Origin: Eledone cirrhosa
Taxonomy: Eukaryota
Length of the DNA stretch: 64,000 nt
Reading direction: 5' to 3'
Assembly (NCBI GenBank): GCA_964016885.1
Contig: OZ024743.1
Coordinates: 52,328,001-52,392,000, forward strand
The notes beneath the pieces are model-generated. The model was not told the DNA's origin and searched no databases. It saw nothing but the letters and a program-made list of their open reading frames with translations. This document shows positions 53,901 through 64,000 of the stretch, piece after piece (within the stretch, counting starts at the first letter, position 1; each line of letters opens with the position of its first letter). The translations under genes were made by a program, and so were the position numbers.

Positions 53901-54039
53901 ATAATTATCTTATGTTGTTTATTACATAACTAATTTATATATATATATGTATATGTAAAGGTTATATTTAATTTGTTGGGATACAACAAGCTAAATATTT
54001 TTATAACTGATATAAAGCACTCAACAAATTATTGGAGTA

Positions 54040-54256
54040 AATATACAATATATTAACAAATGGAAACTATATTTATAAAACCATATTTATTTCATTATAC
54101 ATATTTCAAGGGCCACCAGAGTAAACTAAGGTGCGCTTTCATCAGATAAAATATAATATAGGTTAGTTTTATAAATAAATATTGACACACCCTTAAAAAA
54201 TGCAACCATTCTGGTTTTATAAATATAGTTTCCATTTGTTAATATATTGTATATAT
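54040..54256 (-). mobile_element. Penelope-like pLTR with inverted arms and a hammerhead (54088-54153)
   Basis: Reverse reads tattttat-CTGATGA-aagcgcacc...ggtggccctt-GAAAT-atgt-ATA-atgaaata; 54040-54083 is inverted to 54213-54256; same family as 22809-23185. Confidence 0.7.
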
Positions 54257-54352
54257 GTATATATATATATATATGTATGTATATATATATATATATACTT
54301 ACACATACACACGAACTACTGACCAAATAATGTTTGTATCAATGGGTCAAAG

Positions 54353-54489
<137 letters not shown>

Positions 54490-55095
54490 CACATATATAT
54501 ATATATATATATAATTGGATACTTAGTAACATCGAATCTCTGGCGGTGTGCAAGCAAATTCGGCTTACTATGAGAATGAGTTAGCAAAGCACTCGACAAG
54601 GTAGTTCCTCAGAGTAATAACATACGTTTAAATATATATATATATATATAGGAATGAAAAATGGCGTGTTGTATTGTTGCAAATGTGATATACAAATTAA
54701 AATGAAGAATTAGAAATAGAAGCCAGGATTATCCATCATCAGTGGTCTACTAGCCATCATAGGTATTTCTTCGCATTAAAGACCAGATACCTCAGGCTAG
54801 CGCGATACAATAACTAAAATAAGTTATTGGGATAAAAAGAATTGGGTGGAGAAAGAGAGACAGGTAAACAAATACGAATGGTGAGGCAACGTAAAGAGAG
54901 GAAAAAATGAGAAAATCAAGTCATAAGAACTTGCTAATATTGACGAGAAGTCGAAAGACACATCTTAACCATGCGAAAGTAAGCGAGGAAAGAATTTCGC
55001 ACGGTGTGGGACGATGGAGGAAGTGAGAGAGTGGGTGAGTAGCAGAGAGTGAGTGAGTGAAAGTGTGAGGAAGAGGCTAGCCGATGTATATATAT

Positions 55096-55219
55096 ATAGG
55101 AACCAGTAAGACCCCGACAGCTGAGCTCAAGCCGTTTCGACGGCTAATTCTGTAATTCTGTCCAGAATTAGCCGTCGAAACGGCTTGAGCTCAGCTGTCG
55201 GGGTCTTACTGGTTCCTAT
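55096..55219. repeat. Perfect 57-bp-arm hairpin with 10-nt loop, containing the 3' half of a hammerhead
   Basis: 55096-55152 is the reverse complement of 55163-55219; GAAAC-ggcttgagctcagct-GTC in the right arm. Confidence 0.9.
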
Positions 55220-55296
55220 TACCCACTCTACTACCTCAAGTATTGAGTACTTTGGTGCGTTATGGTCCACCTGGTTCCTTACCACATTTCCTTCGT

Positions 55297-55331
<35 letters not shown>

Positions 55332-55426
55332 ACATATATGTGTATATATATAGACATGTTTTATGATATATAGCTCTGATTATTTAATTTATTAACTCTT
55401 CATTGAGCCACAAAGTGACCCGTTGC

Positions 55427-55633
<207 letters not shown>

Positions 55634-55841
55634 GTAAACCTTTATATGTAATAATCTCCCGTTAGGTTGAGATACAATTTTGGCTGTATTGTGCTGCGCT
55701 TTCTAGCAAAAGGCCACCAGCCGTAAGCAACTAATCACATTCATTCTAACCTGACCGCTGCTACGTCACGATTCTTAGCCCTTTTTGAATGTATTCTTGG
55801 CGCGATCACTTTGGAAAATTAATTGTCTAAATTTGAGCTAA

Positions 55842-55915
55842 CTCCTGAAGAGTCCGGTGCTCCAGATGTCCAATGTTATCGGATATCTTAAAATGCGGAC
55901 GAAACCATGGTAGAG
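55842..55915 (+). ncRNA. Type I hammerhead ribozyme (intact core, extended stem II)
   Basis: ctc-CTGAAGA-gtccg...agatgtcc..ggatatct...cggac-GAAAC-catg-GTA-gag. Confidence 0.8.
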
Positions 55916-56193
55916 GTAACTAAATATGTTCACTTTTCTCCTAGTTTATTTTACACCTAATTCTGTTTAGTTGACTGTATATCTGGTCGATTTATGCACG
56001 CTGTCGAAATACTCGATAAATACTCCGTCGCAACCGCCGCGAAGGGCTGCTTTCGGTTATTTGTCGGAGATTTCTTCATAGAAGCCTTTATTCTTATAGC
56101 TTGGTCTAATCGATTTTTTATATGGTTAATTATGCTAATTGGGAGAGGAAACGGTATATATTTTATCTGGTGATTCTATAGACATGTTTTATG

Positions 56194-56234
<41 letters not shown>

Positions 56235-56277
56235 ATAACAGGAGGCTGGACTGGTGTAAATCCTTGAAAGGTTTATT

Positions 56278-56335
56278 ATACTATGATCATTTCAATGACC
56301 GGGTTCATTATGAATCCGGTGATATCATCAGGTAT
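56278..56335 (-). ncRNA. Type I hammerhead ribozyme motif
   Basis: Reverse reads atac-CTGATGA-tatc-accggattcat-a-atgaacccggt-catt-GAAAT-gatc-ATA-gtat. Confidence 0.75.
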
Positions 56336-56462
56336 TCAAAATATAACAAAGGAATATAAGAGATAAAATCCATGGGGCTGAAAATCAGAGACAAGAGGAC
56401 GACCGACTATTTAGCAGGTTCAACCTCAATCGGCCGCCCTCGAGTGTTGATTATTAAGTCTA

Positions 56463-56540
<78 letters not shown>

Positions 56541-57127
56541 TTGTGTGTCTGTGTCTATATATGTATGTTTGCATGCATGAATGAATACACTAAGCTTTAG
56601 ATTTAGTAGAGTGTACAACCCCTGATTCCAGCTATTTGCTCTATCATATTGTGGTTTCTAGTAATTACCCGGGAATTGGTTGACCAAATGCTTTGCTTAA
56701 TTGTTTTATTTATTTTGAAGAAAAATGTATTCTTTCTGTTAGACTTCAGGTATCTTTTGAAAGCAAAGCATTGGCCCCTAAAATACTACAATGGGCCCTG
56801 AAATGTTTCTGTGGGCTCTTGCAATGCTACCGTGGGCTCCCTGGGGTCCACTTGCCATTGGACAACATGGCAACCTGGCCAGTCCGCCACTGTTCACCTC
56901 CATATATTTATATACACTTTTACCCCCATTCATACACACACATGCACACGCATTCATGCACATAGATACACACACGCATGCACACACACATACATGCAGA
57001 CACACACACACATGAACACACATACATGTGTACACAGTACATAGTTTTAGAATCACCAATTTTCACTTCTGTCAATTTTATTTGCTGTTTCCTTGTTTTA
57101 TTGTTTCATCACAAACTTTCCATAGTA

Positions 57128-57243
<116 letters not shown>

Positions 57244-57469
57244 TTATAGTTGCCAACATCTGTCTCTTTACTGCTGCCACAAATGTCGAGGTGATACTCT
57301 CATGATGGGCGTATTTTATATATTATGTCTTCCAAAACTGTAAACTGAACCAACAGAGGAAGTGAACTTTTTTTACTTTTAAATTCGTTGATGTTTTCAG
57401 TGTCTGCTGTCTGTAGAGAGATAAAGAGGGAGAAAAACAGACAGTAATGAGTCTATTTGTTTATTGGTA

Positions 57470-58295
57470 TGGCTGTCTGTCTATCTGTCTGTCTATCTGT
57501 CTGTCTGTCTATCTGTCTGTCTATCTGTCTAGCTGTCTATTAGTCTGTCTGTCTATATGTAAGTCTGTCTATTAGTCTGTTAGTCTGTCTATATGTAAGT
57601 CTGTGTATATATCTGTCTCTCTAGCTTTAAGCCTATGTTTCCATCTCTCTATATGTCTATCTCTATCATCTGTCTGTCTGTGCTGGTTTATCTGTCTCCT
57701 GGTCTGTCTATCTGTCTCCTAGTCTGTCTGTCTGTTTGTGCTGGTTTATCTGTCTCCTGGCCTGTCTGTCTGTCTCCTGGCCTGTCTGTCTGTCTCCTGG
57801 TCTGTCTATCTGTCTGTGCTGGTTTATCTGTCTCCTGGCCTGTCTGTCTGTCTCCTGGTCTGTCTATCTGTCTGTGCTGGTTTATCTGTCTCCTGGCCTG
57901 TCTGTCTGTCTCCTGGTCTGTCTATCTGTCTGTGCTGGTTTATCTGTCTCCTGGTCTGTCTGTCTGTCTCCTGGTCTGTCTATCTGTCTGTGCTGGTTTA
58001 TCTGTCTCCTGGCCTGTCTGTCTGTCTCCTGGTCTGTCTATCTGTCTGTGCTGGTTTATCTGTCTCCTGGCCTGTCTGTCTGTCTCCTGGTCTGTCTATC
58101 TGTCTGTGCTGGTTTATCTGTCTCCTGGTCTGTCTGTCTGTCTCCTGGTCTGTCTATCTGTCTGTGCTGGTTTATCTGTCTCCTGGCCTGTCTGTCTGTC
58201 TCCTGGTCTGTCTATCTGTCTGTGCTGGTTTATCTGTCTCCTGGTCTGTCTGTCTGTCTGTCTGTCTCATGGTCTGTCTATCTGTGCTGGTTTAT
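57470..58295. repeat. (TCTG)n-derived repeat with a 58-bp higher-order unit
   Basis: gctggtttatctgtctcctgg recurs at 57818, 57876, ... Confidence 0.9.
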
Positions 58296-58827
58296 ATGTT
58301 TGTTTCACCTTACTTTTCAACTTATTGAAAGAACTTAACATAAGAACTATCCAGCAACATGTAACCCATCCCACCCACATTGATTCCCTTCATCCTGTTT
58401 TTATACTTCATGTGTGTATGTGTGCGCATGCACCACACATTTCCTACTATTAACATCCCTGTAAATAAGAAAATTGGAGTGTATTCTATAAAGGATAAAT
58501 AAACCGACTAGATCACTCTCCTTGGTAGAGTCAAACACACCCGTGCTAACGTCAAAGGATTCACTTGAGTTTATATGTTTTTCTTGTACCGTTATAAATA
58601 TGTGTTTTTAACAAAATAAAAATTGATAAAATAAGCACTGTGGTCGATATGATCGACAAAATCATGGTGGTACCCTACTGTGGTCGATATGATCGACTAA
58701 ATCATGGGGTACCCCGGCATGGCTGCACACCAATGATTGAAAACAGTAAAAACAGACATATAGCACCTACTGCACAATTGACTCAAGAGCAAATGAAGGT
58801 CCATTGCATGATATAACTGGTACTAGG

Positions 58828-59226
58828 GAGATGGATTGGCTGAATCGTTAGAGCGTTGGACAAAATACCTTGGGGCATTTGTTCATTGTGGTATTTGTTG
58901 AAATCTCGCCGAGGTCAAGTTTTGTCTTTCGTCCTTCAGGAGTCAGTAAAATAAAGGATCAGTCAAGTTCTGGGGTGATTATAACCAACTATTCTCTTTC
59001 ACCAAACTGCTGGCTGTATATCTTAATTGGAAACCAGTATATAGCTTATATATCAGTAGAGGGTCGGACGCCATGCTTTGACGCATAGAGTTACGACCCT
59101 TTATTGTCTGAGTTCAAATCCCGCCGAGGTTAACTTTGCCTTTCATCCTTACGGGGTCGATAAAATAAAGTACCAGTAATGCACTGAGGTTATTGCTGGC
59201 CTTGTGCCAATAGTAGAAACAATTAT
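58828..59226 (+). mobile_element. Two SINE family 2 copies (old 58828-59035; young 59072-59226)
   Basis: Same core as 9486-9672. Confidence 0.8.
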
Positions 59227-59545
59227 ATAGCTTATATATGTGCCTGTGCGTGTAGTGGTGCGTTGTAATTGAGTAACACATTTTGTTCCACGTTGCTCCA
59301 GTCTGCTGAACTAGGAGAGAATGGGGTGTACCTGTGATTTAAAGGGTACACGTCTCTATGGAATGCTCAGCTACTTGCACGCTAATTCCACGTGCAGGCT
59401 GTTCTGCTGATAACAAAAAAAAATAATAAAATCTGGAACCCTCGTCATGGGACCCAATGAATGACCAATACACACATACCACTTATGTATGTATGTATGT
59501 ATGTATGTATGTATGTATGTATGTATGTATGTATGTATGTATGTA

Positions 59546-60150
59546 TAGTTGGTGCTACTGGTAACATGTATCCCAGTACAACCTGTCTCATGGTCGGGTC
59601 GTTGGCGACTAAACTGGCAACCCCACCAAGGTTTCTTGGTGAGGAGGGTGACTTTGGACATCCTGCAGGACTAAAAACAAAACCTGTCAAAGGCCAAAGG
59701 AGCTCTTAAGAGTCAATGGCCATCCAAAATCACCGGGAGAGATGACCCCTTAGCTTTTGTCAAGGCAGAATTCTAGGAGTATGAAAACTCTGATATAACA
59801 CCTGCAACCCTGATGGTATTCAATGATGTTGACTTGTTCTTCTTTTTGGTAAATATCATCTTGGTTAAGAGAGTGGGACTGGCTTTGTGCAGTGCCTTTG
59901 CTCACTATAAAAGCTTCACGGCACAGGCATTGCTTTATATCTGGAGATCTCTCTACACTTGTCGTCACATGGTAACATGGGCCCAGCACTATGTGTCAAT
60001 AATTGTCACAAGTGTAGTGTTTGTACCAGAGTTTTCAAGTCGCTGGCTGGACTAAAAAGTCACACTCGTTCAGCGCATCGGTGGGGGTTCTCCTACATGG
60101 ATATAAAGTAGTGGCTGTACTTGAAAACGAGTTGGCTGCCACCACCACCA
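59546..60150 (+). mobile_element. Second copy of the RTE-5'UTR-related non-autonomous retroposon
   Basis: Highly similar to 51672-52250; (TATG)n on both sides. Confidence 0.8.
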
Positions 60151-60905
60151 TGTATGTATGTATGTATGTATGTATGTATGTATGTATGTATGTATGTATG
60201 CATGTATGTATGTATGTATGTATGTATGTATAATTTTTGTATTATGAAACATCAAAATACAACAATTTGTTGGTCACTGGACTCGGGAATGTCACGATAG
60301 AAGTTTGTGGAAGTTACACAAATATTTTAGTATATTTTAGCAGAGCAATCCTTATTTATATTTTACATTTTACATTTACTTACATCTCAATATAACATGG
60401 CTAAAATTCAAATTTTGCAAAGAGAAGAAAACGTTCAAATGAACTAGATACTTATCACTGTCCCCCACCACCACAATAACTTCTATACTCTCTCCCCACC
60501 ATCACATGTCATTACCCTATCTAGACTAAAGTCATCGACCTGTTGTCAAACTCTCTACTCTCTGTTGAATGTGTATATATATATATGTATGTATGTATAT
60601 GTGTGTATATACATCACTCAGTCAAACGACCAGATTTCAACCCCAACATCTACATCAACAACACCGGCACTAATGTTTACAGCAACAACAGCTTCAGAAT
60701 GAACTGAAATGAACATTTACAACAACAACAACAGCGGCATCAAAAGTAAAAAAAAAAACTAAAAAAAAACCTCAAAATAATAAAACACACACACACACGC
60801 ACACAACACAACAACAACATCAACTGCCAGCACCACCACCACTACAGCCGCCGCCATCACCATCACCAGCGACCGGGCCTTAAGAAAACAACTTTAATAA
60901 TAATA

Positions 60906-61052
60906 ATTTTTCTGCTTTTGGCACGGATCCAGCGACTGGCCCAGCGCATCACTGGTACTCTCTTTTGTTGATTCCGTGGGGATGAAAGGCAAGGTTGACC
61001 TCGGCGGAATTTAAGCTCAGAGCGTGGAGAGCCATAACTCTATGCTGTAAAG
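60906..61052 (-). mobile_element. Degenerate SINE family 2
   Basis: gatgaaaggcaaggttgacctcggcggaatttaagctcag. Confidence 0.7.
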
Positions 61053-61301
61053 CAATTATAATAATACTGGACTGTAGTACGAACTATACAAACTCTAGAA
61101 AGTCAACAGTTGACATAATCTTGTGTTCTTGTATCAGTAATGACGGTAATATATATATATATGTGTGTGTGTGTGTGTAAGTGAGTAGAGTAGCGTGTGT
61201 GTGTTTGTTTGTATGTATGTGTGTTGCTGTGTGCGCGCATATGTATGCGCGTGTGTGTATGTCGTACGTATAAGTGTCAATAAGTGATTTTTTTTTTTTT
61301 T

Positions 61302-64000
61302 GCGCGGGGACATAGAAGTAATCGGGCTGGATGCCCGATCGCGCAGTTAAACCACTGGGAGTGAAGAACCCCTAGCCCTTGTCAGGGCATTCTTCTAGGA
61401 GAAGGCATCTCAGGAAACTGGGTTAACTCCGACATAAAACCTGCGGCTCAGTAGTTACCGATGATGTTGATCTTTTCTTCTTTTCGGGTTATAGCTACTG
61501 TCGCTCAGAGAGTGGGATTGGCTCAGTGCACAGTCTTTCCTCACTTTAAAAATATTCGTCACGCACAGGCATTGCACGAGTGCATTAATAATTATTAATA
61601 GTGTACTATTATTATTATTATTATTACTATTCAAATCCCGCCGAGGTTGACTTTGCTTTTCATCCTTACGGGTTCGATAAAATAAAGTACCAGTAATGCT
61701 GGCCTTGTGCCTAAAGTAGAAACAATTATTATTATTACTATTATTATTACTTTTTTTTTTCAATTCAATGATGTTCCAGAACAATATAAAAGAGATAATT
61801 GGCAATTTAGGTTCTGGAACAAAAAAGATCATTGGCAATAAGGGCAGGGGCCCCAGGTTATCACAGCCTGGGTCCACTCGTCATCGTGCCATTGTATTAG
61901 AGCCAAACAAGGCATTTAGTCTTGGCTGCTGGAACGTACGGACGCTGCTTGACAGGGATTTCTTGGAGCGTCCTGAACGAAGGACTGCTCTTGTTGCAAG
62001 AAATATCCCTCAGGCAGACAAAGTCATCGTGCTTGGTGACTTTAATGCTAGAGTGGGTAGGGATTTTAACACATGGAATGTAATCGGAAGGCATGGGGTG
62101 GGAAAGTGTAACAGCAATGGTATGCTCCTGCTGCAGATGTGTGAGGAGCTGGATCTGTGTGAGGAGCTGGATCTGTGTGTTACCAACACCATATTCCAAC
62201 AAAAGAACAAATTCAAGACCACATGGATGCATCCTGCATCTAAGGAATGGCATCTTTTGGACTACGTCCTAGTCAGGATGCGTGACAGACAGGATGTGCG
62301 GTGTGTTCGTGTTCTTCGTGGAACTGAGTGCTGGACGGACCACCGCCTGGTACGCGCAAAAGTGAAACTAATCACTAAACGTAAAATCCAGGCTCCTGGT
62401 GTTGCCCTGCCCAAAAGATTGAATGCTGCTCGTCTTAAGGATAAAAATGTGAAGAGGACATTGGAAGAAGAGATGCAGGCTGCAGATCTTGGTGAGGATT
62501 GGCCGACCCTTAAAAAGTCGGTTTATGATGTAGGCAGGCGTGTTCTGGGATTGGCGCAGAGGAAATATCAGGACTGGTTTGATGAGAATGATGTACATAT
62601 AGAAGACTTGTTGGCTGATAAGAGGCGTGCTCTGTCACGCTACTTGACGGCAAAACCACAGGAGAGGAATACGTTGCATGAGGAACTCAGGGATGTAAAA
62701 TCACGTGTTAGGCGGAGTCTTTCTCAGATGAAGGATCAGTGGTGGAGTGAGAAGGCTGGTGAGATACAAGCTGCGTCTGATTCCAATAACACAAGGCTGT
62801 TGTACAGTCTCTTGCGTGAGGTTTATGGACCGTCTTCTCTGGTGACACCGCTTCGAAGCAAGGATGGCAAAGAACTTCTTCGTGACTCACAGGGAATTCT
62901 ACGAAGGTGGTGAGAGCACTTTGATGATCTTTTGAATCAGCCGTCTGTCGTCAGTGAAGATTTCCTCAATCTCATTCCAGAAAGTCCTGTGAAAGTAGCT
63001 CTCGCAGAACCTCCGACGCTTGTGGAGGTTGCAGTGGCTATTTCGAAGCTGAACAGTGGAAGATCTCCAGGTATGGATGGCATACATGCTGAGCTCCTAC
63101 AATATGGTGGTGAGAGACTCCAGCAACATCTTCACTCTTTGTTTGGCAGGATATGGGCTAATGAATCCGTACCTGAGGACTGGAGAGATGCAGTAATGGT
63201 GGTCTTGTACAAGGGAAAGGGTAACAGGAACGATTGTGGGAACTACAGGGTATATCATTGCTTTCTGTCGTAGGGAAAGTTTTATGTAGGGTGCTTCTGG
63301 ACCGTCTGCTGACACACATTGCAGATTGTGTTCTTCCTGAAAGTCAATCTGGTTTTCGTGCTGGACGCGGCACTACTGATATGATCTTCTTAGCTAGACA
63401 GCTCCAGGAGAAGTGCATGGAACAAGACTTGGATTTGTATCAGGTTTTTGTCGATCTTACGAAAGCTTTCGATACTGTTAACAGAGATGCATTATGGAAG
63501 GTTCTCCAGAAACTTGGTTGCCCTGATAAGTTCCTTGCTTTAGTTAGGTCTTTCCATGACGACATGAAGGCTTGGGTTAATGTCGGGGGTAACATGTCGG
63601 AGCCTATCTCAGTAAAAAGTGGAGTGAAGCTGGGGGATATTCCAGCACCGTCCCTGTTTGCCATATACTTTGCAATGGTTTTCTGTATTGTATTCAGGAA
63701 TTGCGAGCATGGTGTTTACATCCGATATCGAACCTCAGGCAACATATTTAACATCAGGCGCTTTGCTGCGAAGACAAAAGTATTTACATCAATCATAAGA
63801 GACCTCTTGTATGCAGATGATTGCGATCTGAAAGACGCTAACATCTCTGCTGATACATGGGAGAATATTGCTGCTGATCGTAATAAATGGAGAAAGATCG
63901 TAATAAATATGAGGGAAAAGTTGCCTTTGAGGCATCTCGAATCGCATACAAGAAAGCAAAGCGGGAAGTGAGGAAGGGCATTGCTATTGCACTTCCAGAC
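61302..64000 (+). pseudogene. Decayed BovB-like RTE LINE with 5' UTR, APE and RT; internal deletions, premature stop (62911) and frameshift (~63250); SINE2 fragment inserted at 61630-61730
   Basis: [73 protein letters not shown]. Confidence 0.9.

Noticed and set aside
54515-54760. Further minus-strand hammerheads (CTGAGGA at ~54604-54610; CTGATGA at ~54736-54742)
   Set aside because: No properly placed GAAA/stem III; at most decayed remnants
57740-58250. Relationship between this 58-bp unit and the 58-bp satellite
   Set aside because: Same period but unrelated sequence; coincidence
61420-61460. Twister ribozyme at gggttaactccgac in the RTE 5' UTR
   Set aside because: The remaining twister elements are absent, and the homologous site in related copies lacks the motif

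Overview
Eukaryotic, very repeat-rich DNA. It is probably a coleoid cephalopod such as Octopus, inferred from the RTE LINEs with (GAT)n tails, the SINE families and the dense microsatellites. The only host gene I can support is MMAB (cob(I)alamin adenosyltransferase, + strand): a 60-nt exon at 1762-1821 and the last coding exon at 29800-29887, joined by a ~28-kb intron. The rest is mobile elements and tandem repeats. These include two young RTE LINE copies in opposite orientation with a PHD-like Cys/His finger after the RT core, a decayed BovB-like RTE, tRNA-derived SINEs, TTAA-flanked MITEs, a Helitron-like element and a hAT-like shell. There are also Penelope-like remnants (Neptune- and Naiad-type GIY-YIG ends) with about ten hammerhead-ribozyme motifs and several fold-back palindromes. 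Tandem arrays have 49-, 72-, 88-, 40-, 48- and 58-bp units, and the 12.2-kb 58-bp satellite appears to have grown out of an RTE 3' end. Most ORFs in the track are microsatellite artefacts. All calls are by eye; no database searches were run.
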